A DNA stretch of 64,000 nucleotides. It comes from a virus. The notes below the pieces were generated by a model. That model was given only the letters and a program-made list of their open reading frames with translations, searched no databases and was not told the origin of the DNA. Of the stretch, positions 17,271 through 26,420 are shown in pieces. The stretch covers positions 5,582-69,581 of IMG/VR virus record IMGVR_UViG_3300022074_000027. One strand, written 5' to 3'. The stretch's first letter is position 1; each line of letters starts with the position of its first letter. The translations under genes and the position numbers were made by a program.

Positions 17271-18273
17271 TAGTTTTTCTCCAATTAGTAAATTTTAACA
17301 AGGCCATATTACCTTGATATGTGTTGTTGTTTATTATTTCTTTTATCTCTTCTTTAGTTCTACCAGACATAATCATTTCATTAATATCTTTCTGTTCAAT
17401 TCCATCTGGCCATAAAACCATACTATATCCCATTTCAAGAAGATTACTCATACTTTTCAGTACTTGTGAATTTCTTCTATCATTGTCTGGAATGATAGTG
17501 TAATCTTTAGTCAATAACTTAAATTTATTAAAACCAAGTACAGCAACACAATTGTCCACAAAGAGTGAATCAATAGGGCCTTCTACTGCGAATTTTGGTT
17601 GATTAGATTTAAGTCGGTCTTGACCAAAGATAAGTTGCGTGTCCTCATGGACTTTACTAGTTTGATATTTAAGTTTATCATCTTTTTTGTAAGACCTTCC
17701 TTGACACGCTATGAATTTATTCTCACTATTATGCAAAGGTATCAATAACCTTGCAGTATCATTATTTACGTCTAGTTTCTTAGGACACCACTCATTTGAC
17801 CATTTACTGAACGAATCCGTGTGATACAAGAGGTAATGTTTATCAGATGGTATTTTCCTCTGTAAAACATATTGTCTTGCATAATGATTCAATCCTAATG
17901 AGGATACCTTTTTCACTAGTTTAGATTTTAGTGGTGAAGTTCCTTTAAGATAAGGTGCTTGAGTTGTAAACTTCTCATATACCTCTTCTTCTTTATCTTT
18001 ACCACTATCTAAAAACTTCTCTTTTATATAGTCATCATGCAACTGCGAGTCTAGGTGTTTTAGAAAATTATTTAAGTTTGCACCAGTTCCACAGTTGTGA
18101 CATTTATATATAAGATTCGAGTCTTTACGAAAGACATAACCTCTGGCTTTCGTTAAATTTGTTTGAGAATCACCACAATATGGACACCTAAAATTCCAGA
18201 GGTAATCCCCTTTCCTTTTAAACTGTTGGAGTCGTGATGATGCTAAGAGTAAGTACTTTTGTTCTATATACAT
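17263..18273 (-). CDS. 61: DNA primase gp61
   Basis: FRCPYCGDS...YKCHNC zinc finger, VEGPIDSLF TOPRIM, KDINEM. Confidence 0.93.
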   Translation of the reverse strand: MYIEQKYLLLASSRLQQFKRKGDYLWNFRCPYCGDSQTNLTKARGYVFRKDSNLIYKCHNCGTGANLNNFLKHLDSQLHDDYIKEKFLDSGKDKEEEVYEKFTTQAPYLKGTSPLKSKLVKKVSSLGLNHYARQYVLQRKIPSDKHYLLYHTDSFSKWSNEWCPKKLDVNNDTARLLIPLHNSENKFIACQGRSYKKDDKLKYQTSKVHEDTQLIFGQDRLKSNQPKFAVEGPIDSLFVDNCVAVLGFNKFKLLTKDYTIIPDNDRRNSQVLKSMSNLLEMGYSMVLWPDGIEQKDINEMIMSGRTKEEIKEIINNNTYQGNMALLKFTNWRKTNV

Positions 18274-18280
18274 GAAAATC

Positions 18281-18309
18281 AGTATATACGAGTTTTAAGG
18301 TAATGTCAA
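18281..18309 (-). promoter_or_regulatory. sigma70 promoter of primase (probably leaderless mRNA)
   Basis: TTGACA-17-TATACT; ATG begins 8 nt after the -10 box. Confidence 0.7.
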
Positions 18310-18716
18310 GTCCATATGGGAAGTTTTGTAATAATAAATCCAGCAAAGATAGAACCACCAATAATAATCCAACGCCACTTTTCTAAAATACCAACTCTGT
18401 CAGATAATTCCTCACGAATCTTTTGCAATTCGTCTGAAATTCTGCGTTCCATTTCGTTCATATGTTTTGTTGATTTTTCTGCGTTATTGGATATTCTGGA
18501 GTGTAGTTCTTGTATATTTTCTCTAAATTCTTTTTCTTGACCGTCTAGGATTTCCTCTTGTCGCATCAATTTTTCCTCATGCACGGCCATAATAGTGTGT
18601 AGAGATGATGATACATCAGCAATCTTTTCGATTGCTTTATCTAGTCTGACATGGATTGATTTCATGTCGTGTACTTCTCTTTTCAGAAGTTCAATTTCGG
18701 TTTCTATCTCAGCCAT
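18306..18716 (-). CDS. coiled-coil protein with C-terminal TM helix
   Basis: Heptad pattern and WRWIIIGGSIFAGFII; AATAAATA late-like box at 18728-18735. Confidence 0.7.
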   Translation of the reverse strand: MAEIETEIELLKREVHDMKSIHVRLDKAIEKIADVSSSLHTIMAVHEEKLMRQEEILDGQEKEFRENIQELHSRISNNAEKSTKHMNEMERRISDELQKIREELSDRVGILEKWRWIIIGGSIFAGFIITKLPIWT

Positions 18717-18781
18717 TTCTCTACTACTATTTATTCGTTGTCAAGGAATTGACACTCATATTTATTTGTCACACCTATTTG

Positions 18782-19384
18782 TCATTTTCCAGTCCCAGAA
18801 AGATATTTAGGAACATCACTATTTGCATCTCTATGTTTATTCCACGCAACAAACCCACCTATTCTTAACGCCCAATACGCAAGATAGTTTAGAAAATAAA
18901 ATCCATTCACTTCAATATTGATATCTCTAAATGTCATATCCATCCATTTTTGAGATTTCTTACCGATTGTCTTTCCATTTTTTAATAACAATGTTTCATA
19001 CTTATATCCATAGTCATGTACAAGTCCACCAATTAGTAATAGTCCAACTGGTGATAAAAACTGTGCTAAAAACTTTGGTACACTTGCACCATCAAACTTA
19101 AATCCTTTTGGTATAACATAGTTCTCTCCACAGAGAGAATAGTTAAAGTCTTTCACTACTTCCCAATGTCTTGTACCAAAAAACCATAACATGATTGCAC
19201 CCCAGAAACCCTTATCTTTTGTTGCAATTCTAATCGGTTTCATATGTGGATAATCTTTGTATTTAAAACTAACTCTATTGTCTATCTTTCTATCAAATAG
19301 ATTAATAATGAATCCTATAATAACTAAGATAATGAATACGGTCATAGGCCAAAACTGTATTGCCATATTTAAAATAAAATCCAT
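18782..19384 (-). CDS. DUF1353-like membrane protein
   Basis: IPKGFKFDGASVP, GGLVHDYGY. Confidence 0.75.
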   Translation of the reverse strand: MDFILNMAIQFWPMTVFIILVIIGFIINLFDRKIDNRVSFKYKDYPHMKPIRIATKDKGFWGAIMLWFFGTRHWEVVKDFNYSLCGENYVIPKGFKFDGASVPKFLAQFLSPVGLLLIGGLVHDYGYKYETLLLKNGKTIGKKSQKWMDMTFRDINIEVNGFYFLNYLAYWALRIGGFVAWNKHRDANSDVPKYLSGTGK

Positions 19385-19749
19385 TATTCTTTCTCCTCTT
19401 TAGGTTTTACTGCTTTTTCATAATATAATATAATTTGTTTTTGTTTCTCTATATATAGTTTTATCTGTTCCATATTGATAGCAAGAGCTTCAAATGATTT
19501 TGGGTCTAGTGCATAAACTACAAACGACCCTTGCATATCTTTAACTCTCTGAATAGTTTCTTCTAGATTCTTTTCAGTTATAACTATAATATCTGCATTT
19601 TTTAATTCTAAAGGTTCTGGTCTAGGTACAATATTAATTGTTGGTGTATAGACCTCTGCCTTTGTAACAATTTGTTTCTCTGGTGTCCAAGAGCAACTAC
19701 TTAGTAGTAGCAGACTCAATAGACTCGAAAAAATTATCGACTTTTTCAT
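19384..19749 (-). CDS. outer-membrane lipoprotein, o-spanin candidate
   Basis: Lipobox LLSSC, Pro-rich stretch, overlaps the 3' end of a TM/coiled-coil gene. Confidence 0.6.
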   Translation of the reverse strand: MKKSIIFSSLLSLLLLSSCSWTPEKQIVTKAEVYTPTINIVPRPEPLELKNADIIVITEKNLEETIQRVKDMQGSFVVYALDPKSFEALAINMEQIKLYIEKQKQIILYYEKAVKPKEEKE

Positions 19750-20074
19750 TTATTCTCGCCTCACTTGCTTTAGGGTCTTGAAGACTGTTTTTTACTAAAT
19801 CAGTCTGTGCTAACAAATCTTTAATGACTGTATTTGCCCTTTTCGCTTCTTCTAAACTTTTATTTAAATCATTTGCTAATTGTATTTGTTTCTTTATATT
19901 ATCTTCCATTGCAGTAATTTTTACTTCAAGACTTTTATTACTTACTTCTAATTGTGCATTGTTTTCGGTTAGTGTTGCAATACGTTGTTGAGTATCATTA
20001 TAATACCCATATGCACCCCATACTGCACCACCAACTAAACCAAAAACAACGACTAATGCATAAATCCTAATCAT
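19697..20074 (-). CDS. i-spanin candidate
   Basis: N-terminal TM followed by a long coiled coil. Confidence 0.6.
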   Translation of the reverse strand: MIRIYALVVVFGLVGGAVWGAYGYYNDTQQRIATLTENNAQLEVSNKSLEVKITAMEDNIKKQIQLANDLNKSLEEAKRANTVIKDLLAQTDLVKNSLQDPKASEARINEKVDNFFESIESATTK

Positions 20075-20077
20075 ACA

Positions 20078-20299
20078 TTACCCCTTTATTTTTTTAGTAA
20101 TCCATAGAACAAGAGCATAAACTAATAAACCATATAATGTTGCGATACCTATATCTACCAAGTGTTCTCTCATATGGTAGATAAATTCAATACCAGCTTC
20201 GACATCACTCATACCGTTACCACCAGTTCCAATGTTTATTGATTTTCCCCCAGCGATATCTCCAGTAGTTTGTTCTATGATTATATTACTCTCGTCCAT
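20078..20299 (-). CDS. small membrane protein
   Basis: C-terminal TM segment. Confidence 0.6.
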   Translation of the reverse strand: MDESNIIIEQTTGDIAGGKSINIGTGGNGMSDVEAGIEFIYHMREHLVDIGIATLYGLLVYALVLWITKKIKG

Positions 20300-20460
20300 T
20301 ATTCAGACTTCCAAATTGTCCAAACCCCCCATGCAATTGCAAGTCCAGCAGCAATCTTTGCAAGTGGTGCCATGAATAGAATCATCAGTCCTAGTGCGAT
20401 ACATACTGCACCGTCCCATGATGTTCTTTCTTTAATTCTTCCTTTAATCCAATTTTTCAT
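20299..20460 (-). CDS. small two-TM protein, holin candidate (53 aa, not in ORF track)
   Basis: MKNWIKGRIKERTSWDGAVCIALGLMILFMAPLAKIAAGLAIAWGVWTIWKSE, GGAG RBS, upstream of the spanin-like genes. Confidence 0.55.
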   Translation of the reverse strand: MKNWIKGRIKERTSWDGAVCIALGLMILFMAPLAKIAAGLAIAWGVWTIWKSE

Positions 20461-21203
20461 GTGTTTCTCCCTTCATATTTCAAAACCTTACTTGTTGTTT
20501 TAAAATCTGGTTTTCTCATGATTGTTTTATTGGTGACTTCAAATTCATCACCCTTTGTTTTGATAACAACTGGTAGATTAAGATTACTTGACATATCCTT
20601 TAGAACTGCTTCTATATCTGGATTGTTTTTTATATTTCTACCTTTATTACGTTGTATCTTCTTAAAAAACCTTTGTAGTTCTGATACTTTGATAGCAGGA
20701 GTATTCCTTGGGTCATTCAGTCTATCTACAAAGTGTTTAGTAAATTCAACATCAATATTATATTTCTTTAATATTCTATCTGCGAATTTTTCCAAATCAT
20801 TTACATCTCTTTGTGTAAAATCTTCGTTCTTTTGTTTAGTAATTTTTTTCATCTTTTCAATATATGCACGATAGACATCAGCAGCACCTATCTTACCCAT
20901 CACTCTTGCTCTTTGTTCCATTGCAATCGCAGCTTGTATCTTATGTGCATGGGTTTTACCAGAACCCTCAATCTTTTTAACACTATCCTTTGCATCTTGT
21001 ACAGTTGCAAATTTTAGACCATGTATTGTTCCCTTTGGATTCTCATCTGTATACAAATCCGAATGTTTATCACTTCCTGCTGGTTGACCTTTTTTTCTTG
21101 CAATACGTTTAGTTGTCTTTGCAATAAGATTTAAACGCATAGTTGCGTTTAGGTCTGCCATTGGATACATAAAATTTGTATTCGAATAATCTGGTCTAGT
21201 CAT
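20457..21203 (-). CDS. hypothetical two-module protein, probably virion-associated
   Basis: HSDLYTDENPKGTIHGL module followed by a FTKHFVDRLNDPRN module. Confidence 0.65.
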   Translation of the reverse strand: MTRPDYSNTNFMYPMADLNATMRLNLIAKTTKRIARKKGQPAGSDKHSDLYTDENPKGTIHGLKFATVQDAKDSVKKIEGSGKTHAHKIQAAIAMEQRARVMGKIGAADVYRAYIEKMKKITKQKNEDFTQRDVNDLEKFADRILKKYNIDVEFTKHFVDRLNDPRNTPAIKVSELQRFFKKIQRNKGRNIKNNPDIEAVLKDMSSNLNLPVVIKTKGDEFEVTNKTIMRKPDFKTTSKVLKYEGRNT

Positions 21204-21417
21204 ATAATCCTACCGTATCTTTTGAAATGTATACTGGTTTACAGTATGCAGTCGCTTTATGTTTATTGGGAACAAGGGATTGATAACTGTAATTACCATA
21301 TCTTTTTACAACTTGTGATGCAAAATAATTACAGCGATTTATATCATAAAAGTACATAGGATTACCCCTTTGTTCTACATCCCCCAATAGTAACACTAAA
21401 AGAAATGCATGAACCAT
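21196..21417 (-). CDS. small secreted hypothetical protein
   Basis: Hydrophobic N-terminus, two Cys. Confidence 0.55.
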   Translation of the reverse strand: MVHAFLLVLLLGDVEQRGNPMYFYDINRCNYFASQVVKRYGNYSYQSLVPNKHKATAYCKPVYISKDTVGLYD

Positions 21418-21418
21418 G

Positions 21419-21925
21419 TTACTTCATGATGACACTTAGTAGTTTTAAGAATTGTGCTTTACTACCGTTGTTGATTGTGTCTTCTAATTTCTTTTTAGTA
21501 TCTGGTTTAACTTTATCAATAGCTTGAACAAACGCAGATGCAGTAAACAAGTCTACTTTCATCTTACCATCTTTCATTTTGATAGGCATATTTTGTTTGT
21601 TCTTTACAATCTTTCTTAGAATATCCACATTACCCTCAAGCAAATATTCATTACCAAATGAATCAAGACTCTCTTTTACTTTTTCTCTAAAAGTATCATC
21701 TCGTTTTGCACGAAGCGTTTCGATTCTTTTCATAAATGCTTTTGCTTCTTTAGTACGTCCATCATATAAATTTTTCTTTTTCTTTTTTTCTCTATCAATT
21801 TGTTTGTCAACTGATAAATCAACACCACCACCACTAACAGAGTTCGCTGGAGCATCTTCTGATTTAATTCCTAAATTTGGGTCATCATAGAATTTCTTCA
21901 TAATGTCGTTAAATTTTTTACTCAT
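21419..21925 (-). CDS. hypothetical late protein
   Basis: EDAPANSV and YDGRTK motifs. Confidence 0.65.
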   Translation of the reverse strand: MSKKFNDIMKKFYDDPNLGIKSEDAPANSVSGGGVDLSVDKQIDREKKKKKNLYDGRTKEAKAFMKRIETLRAKRDDTFREKVKESLDSFGNEYLLEGNVDILRKIVKNKQNMPIKMKDGKMKVDLFTASAFVQAIDKVKPDTKKKLEDTINNGSKAQFLKLLSVIMK

Positions 21926-22557
21926 AGTTCTAAATCCTCTAATCCTACTTCTTTGATATCTTCTGCACTAACAAATATTTTACTCTGTGTTGGTATATGT
22001 ACAACAGAAAAAATATCTACCCCAAGTACATTATCAGATGGCGACATATCTTCAAAAGTCTGAACTTCATCTCCCTCTAATGCGTCTGGTGTGTCTGCAT
22101 CTTCTTTATCAAAAGTAATATCTTGAGTTAGTTTATATATACCTTTTGATAACATACCATTTGTCAAAGTTACTTCCTCTGATATAGTATCATCAAGTTC
22201 ATAGTTATTTTCTTTAAGATACTTCATAAATTCTTGTTCCCACATTTTAGGGTCAACATCTTCTTTAAAAGTATCTTTCAATAGAAACAATGCAGCTGCA
22301 TAAGTTCCTAACTTTGTTCTAAGGCCAGGAACTTTACCAAATAATTTTTTGATATTAAAAACAAGTTTATGCAGTACAGTATATGCGTTTTTCTCTGCAA
22401 TCTTGTCTAATGAGGTGGGTCTGTTTGTGCCTGGGATTAAGATACGATTTCCATCTTTATCTATAATACCAAGTTTGTATGCCTCTTGTTTCTCAAAAGG
22501 TGTAACAAGTAACTTTATAAATCTATAAGTTACAAATAAATCTATCGCCCTACCCAT
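21922..22557 (-). CDS. conserved T4-like hypothetical protein
   Basis: DLFVTYRFIKLLVTPF...AYKLGIIDKDG. Confidence 0.75.
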   Translation of the reverse strand: MGRAIDLFVTYRFIKLLVTPFEKQEAYKLGIIDKDGNRILIPGTNRPTSLDKIAEKNAYTVLHKLVFNIKKLFGKVPGLRTKLGTYAAALFLLKDTFKEDVDPKMWEQEFMKYLKENNYELDDTISEEVTLTNGMLSKGIYKLTQDITFDKEDADTPDALEGDEVQTFEDMSPSDNVLGVDIFSVVHIPTQSKIFVSAEDIKEVGLEDLEL

Positions 22558-22919
22558 TATAGTTCCTTTAAAACCTTAGTAATTTTCTCATCATCATTAA
22601 TTTCTTTTAAATCATTTACTGGTAACATACCCAGATATACAAGAAAAGATTTCAATTGCGGCCAAAACTCTGGTTCAATTTTAAATAATAATAAAGTAGA
22701 CGCAGCATCTGGGCCAAAAACATTATTGAGTACGATAATATGATTTAGTAATAGTCTTTCTTTCACAATTCCGTCTTGACTATACTTTTTAAGTAATCGT
22801 TTAATATACTTAAATCGTTTCATATCATCATAAAACTCTTTTTCACCCTCGCATTGTGGATTGTCATAGTGTTTTAATGCGAATAATAATATATTGTCAT
22901 TCGTTATTTTTTCAAACAT
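22557..22919 (-). CDS. conserved T4-like hypothetical protein
   Basis: FALKHYDNPQC...FKYIKRLL...LLLNHIIVL. Confidence 0.78.
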   Translation of the reverse strand: MFEKITNDNILLFALKHYDNPQCEGEKEFYDDMKRFKYIKRLLKKYSQDGIVKERLLLNHIIVLNNVFGPDAASTLLLFKIEPEFWPQLKSFLVYLGMLPVNDLKEINDDEKITKVLKEL

Positions 22920-23317
22920 TAAACGATTTGAGCCATCACCTTATGAGTTCCAGTAGGCAGTTTCTCAAATACAAAATTGATACTTCTTCCACTTTCTTTT
23001 TCGTCATCAAACTCATCAATTGGTGTGTCTACACTTTTACCAAATGCACCACCATTCATAATCAAAGGTAATGATACCTCACCTTCACTTCCAGTAAATT
23101 GTACATCTTCAAAATGAAGACCAATTCTCATTAATTTTTGTCTTAATTCATCTACAGCTTTCTCTGGAACAAGATATTCTTTCATTCCAATAGAACCAAC
23201 AAATGCATTTAACTTTTCAATAACAGAATCGTCTGATAAATCTTTTAAATGTCCATCATCATCAATAATGTTATTTGTTCTTGGAATTTCAACAAATTCT
23301 TTGAAAGATTTTAACAT
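22919..23317 (-). CDS. hypothetical protein with capsid-targeting-like N-terminus
   Basis: MLKSFKEFVE. Confidence 0.65.
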   Translation of the reverse strand: MLKSFKEFVEIPRTNNIIDDDGHLKDLSDDSVIEKLNAFVGSIGMKEYLVPEKAVDELRQKLMRIGLHFEDVQFTGSEGEVSLPLIMNGGAFGKSVDTPIDEFDDEKESGRSINFVFEKLPTGTHKVMAQIV

Positions 23318-23556
23318 CCGTCATCTCCCACTACATCTTCGTCAAATCCATCATAGTCACCAACATCATCATGTGTATGAGGTAAGTCTCCCCCCTCATG
23401 TGAATGGGTTGTACCATCTTCATGAGTATGCTCCTCATTTGGATTTTCAGTAAGAATTTCTTGAAGAACTTCTTGTTTCTCATTTTTAGTTTCTGCGATT
23501 TCTTGTACTGGTTGAACTACCATAGGTTTTCCACCAGCTCCATATCTAATTTCCAT
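23311..23556 (-). CDS. small acidic His-rich protein
   Basis: EHTHEDGTTHSHEGGDLPHTHDD. Confidence 0.65.
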   Translation of the reverse strand: MEIRYGAGGKPMVVQPVQEIAETKNEKQEVLQEILTENPNEEHTHEDGTTHSHEGGDLPHTHDDVGDYDGFDEDVVGDDGC

Positions 23557-23566
23557 GTCTTAACTC

Positions 23567-24043
23567 CTAGTTAACTACAGAACCATTACTTGCAATCACA
23601 TACCATTTACTGTTTGTGAAGATACAAGTTGCAGATTCACCGATTGCATTAAACTGTAATTGAGCAGAACCAGTTGCAGTCGAACCCCAATTTGTTACAG
23701 TCACACGATATGATGAACCAGATGATGGTGCTGTTGTCATAACAAATATTTTGATTTGACCATTTGTACCATCTGCAAGTGTTCCAGTTGCAGTCGTATT
23801 AGAACCAGCACCACTTAGATTGATGTTAGTAATTGATGTTGAAGTACTTGGTGCAGTTGAACCAGTTACGGTTTGTGCAGTACCATCTAATGCAATATAT
23901 GTTGGAATGTTATTAAAAACATTCGCAATACTAATATGTTTATTAACTGGTGTACCACTTGGGTCATCAATCACATGAAGTAAATCTTCTCCAGCGATAC
24001 CACTTCCTAAATTACTTAATGCAGTAATCTTCTTGTCTGCCAT
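23567..24043 (-). CDS. virion structural protein (fibre/decoration-like)
   Basis: MADKKITAL start, Thr/Gly/Ser-rich, [10 protein letters not shown]...KWYVI. Confidence 0.65.
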   Translation of the reverse strand: MADKKITALSNLGSGIAGEDLLHVIDDPSGTPVNKHISIANVFNNIPTYIALDGTAQTVTGSTAPSTSTSITNINLSGAGSNTTATGTLADGTNGQIKIFVMTTAPSSGSSYRVTVTNWGSTATGSAQLQFNAIGESATCIFTNSKWYVIASNGSVVN

Positions 24044-24056
24044 TTATTTTCTCCTA

Positions 24057-24296
24057 TTAACCCTTTTTCTTTTTGGGGATGCTACTGTCGCTATCCACAA
24101 CGACACCACTATTATTCATTAAGTCTTGCAGAAACAAGTCACATTGTTGAATAGCACCACTAATTGCATGGTGCTGTGCAACAAGATTAGTTTTCTCTGC
24201 ATCAAGTTTATTTAATTGTTCTTTCACCGTTGACAAATCACTTTCAAGTGTTTGCTTACGAATATTAATTTCAGTTTCAGTCAATTGACCAGCCAT
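24057..24296 (-). CDS. coiled-coil hypothetical protein
   Basis: ORF with GGAG RBS. Confidence 0.65.
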   Translation of the reverse strand: MAGQLTETEINIRKQTLESDLSTVKEQLNKLDAEKTNLVAQHHAISGAIQQCDLFLQDLMNNSGVVVDSDSSIPKKKKG

Positions 24297-24334
24297 TATT
24301 TACTCCATTATTTAAAATTATATACTATTATATA

Positions 24335-25843
24335 TTAACTATCTGGGGTTGCAATATCTTCTGCATCACCAGAAATACTTGAAGCGGCAACTAGAGTTTC
24401 ATAATGAACTCTACCAGCACGACCACCAGTACCTACAGTTTTCTTAACCCAACCAATATGAGCAACTTCTCTACTATCTACATCACCGTCAAGACCTAAA
24501 CCTTGAGATGCAACAGCAGTACATTGTGTAGCACCAGTTACAATTGTAAAGGTTTGAGCGTTATGACCAGTACCAATATTAATTGCAGTTCCACCAGAGG
24601 TAGCAGCAATCTTAAACGTATTGTCAGTTTTATCTCTTACGAATACAGTTTGAGCATCAGTTACGTTAGTCATCAAAGTACCACCACCAACTTGGTTGTA
24701 AGTAATTTGGTCTGTATCAGATAAACCATGTCCAGCAAATGTGATAACATTTGAACTAGCGTTTACTGCACTTGTAGGAATAGTCATTTTTGGAACTTCT
24801 ACTGTTACAGTAGGAACTGCTTGATAGTCAGAACCACCGTCAGTTACAGTTACACCAGTTACTTCACCACCAGAGATGGTTGCTGTACCAGTTGCAGTAT
24901 CACCAACAAATGTTTGTGCATTGTTACCAGCACCATCAATATCTAGTGCAGTACCAGAATTTGCATTTGAAAGTGAAGATGCAATTTTAAATGCAGTAGT
25001 TGAACCAGTATTGATTACAAAAACTGCTGTACTATCTGCAAGGTTAGAACCACCAACAGTCATATTTGTACCACCAGAAGTATATGTTAACTTCGTACCA
25101 GTTCTCATATTGTGTCCAGCATCTACAGTAATTGTATCATCAGTAGTTGAAACTTTTGCAGTTGCAATAGTTCTTGTAGTCGGAGCTGCAACAGTAATTG
25201 TAGGTGCTTGAACATATCTTGCACCACTTACATTAACTGCAATATCTGTAACATTATCGACACCAGCAAGAGATTCAGCAGATGTAATACCTAAGATATT
25301 TGCATCAATATGTGGTGCTGAAGAAGCAAAGTTAATTGGTGGTCTTGTTACTGTACACGCAGAACCACTATTTGTAGATGGCGAAAAGTCTTCAGTAATA
25401 GTAAATGCTTTTGTTGATGTACCAGAAAATGACTGTGCGTTATTTCCAGTTCCAGTAATATCAATCTGTGTTCCACCAGCAGTTGCAGATAGTGTAAATG
25501 CGTTTGCACTTGATACAGTCTTTACAAAAAAGATTGTATCATCTGTTAAACCAGCAATTGCAGTTCCACCATTTGCTTGGTAAACTACTTCTTGGTTTGC
25601 AACAAATCCATGATTTGTTATAGTTACTTGTTCGTTAGATGCATTGACAGCAGATGTTGCAACAACTCTATTAGGTTGGATATCTTTTACCCTTACCTTA
25701 TCACCGTTGTCATCAATGACAATGTCACCCACTTTAATTTCTGATGTATCAGCACTTGAGTTACCTTGTACAATTGCACTTCCATTTGTGAAAGTATATG
25801 TACCAGTTAACGCAGAACCGTCATCCATACTCCATGAGCTCAT
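24335..25843 (-). CDS. virion structural protein with three internal beta-repeat domains
   Basis: Repeated IT...HG...Y...GGT...FV......F.IA....GTAI units; C-terminal GWVKKT.GTGGRAGRV.YETLVA; CATAAATA at 25877-25884. Confidence 0.75.
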   Translation of the reverse strand: MSSWSMDDGSALTGTYTFTNGSAIVQGNSSADTSEIKVGDIVIDDNGDKVRVKDIQPNRVVATSAVNASNEQVTITNHGFVANQEVVYQANGGTAIAGLTDDTIFFVKTVSSANAFTLSATAGGTQIDITGTGNNAQSFSGTSTKAFTITEDFSPSTNSGSACTVTRPPINFASSAPHIDANILGITSAESLAGVDNVTDIAVNVSGARYVQAPTITVAAPTTRTIATAKVSTTDDTITVDAGHNMRTGTKLTYTSGGTNMTVGGSNLADSTAVFVINTGSTTAFKIASSLSNANSGTALDIDGAGNNAQTFVGDTATGTATISGGEVTGVTVTDGGSDYQAVPTVTVEVPKMTIPTSAVNASSNVITFAGHGLSDTDQITYNQVGGGTLMTNVTDAQTVFVRDKTDNTFKIAATSGGTAINIGTGHNAQTFTIVTGATQCTAVASQGLGLDGDVDSREVAHIGWVKKTVGTGGRAGRVHYETLVAASSISGDAEDIATPDS

Positions 25844-25885
25844 TAGTTTTCTCCTCGTTATAGTATATACTACTTCTATTTATGT

Positions 25886-26419
25886 TTATTTGAAACCTAA
25901 CTGTTTCAATTGTGCAATAGTGTTACTTGGGGATGTATGATGAATCCCAATTCCACCTTTTGCTTTCCATTCATTCACATTTTTAATATAATCGTCTATA
26001 AGTAAGTTAGGTTTACCATCATTTGTCATTGCGTACTTTTGTTTATCCTCTCGCAATACTAGATGAATTCTACTTCTTTTTGTCAATTTGGCTTTACTAC
26101 TTAACCACTTAAACTTACCCTTTCTAGAGTTTGCATCTTTGGTTGAGTACGCAGATAAAATATGTGCATCATATTTATCAATAAATGTCCACATTTTCTT
26201 TGCACCAGGCATCCATTCTAAACTTTCCCAAAAATCTTTTTTTGCAGATATCTTAGGCCACTTAGTACCTTTATCTGCTTTTGGAAAAGGAACACCAAGT
26301 ACACTCTCTGCACCCTTTAAAAAATCACATAATACCATATCCATATCACAATAGATAGTTGGTAACTCATCAACCTCTTCAACTATGTTGGTTGTATACA
26401 CATCATAAAACGTCTTCAC
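25886..26419 (-). CDS. HAD-family 5'(3')-deoxyribonucleotidase-like protein
   Basis: IYCDMDMVLCDF, FWESLEWMP, LLIDDY...W...GGIGI. Confidence 0.8.
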   Translation of the reverse strand: MKTFYDVYTTNIVEEVDELPTIYCDMDMVLCDFLKGAESVLGVPFPKADKGTKWPKISAKKDFWESLEWMPGAKKMWTFIDKYDAHILSAYSTKDANSRKGKFKWLSSKAKLTKRSRIHLVLREDKQKYAMTNDGKPNLLIDDYIKNVNEWKAKGGIGIHHTSPSNTIAQLKQLGFK

Positions 26420-26420
26420 T

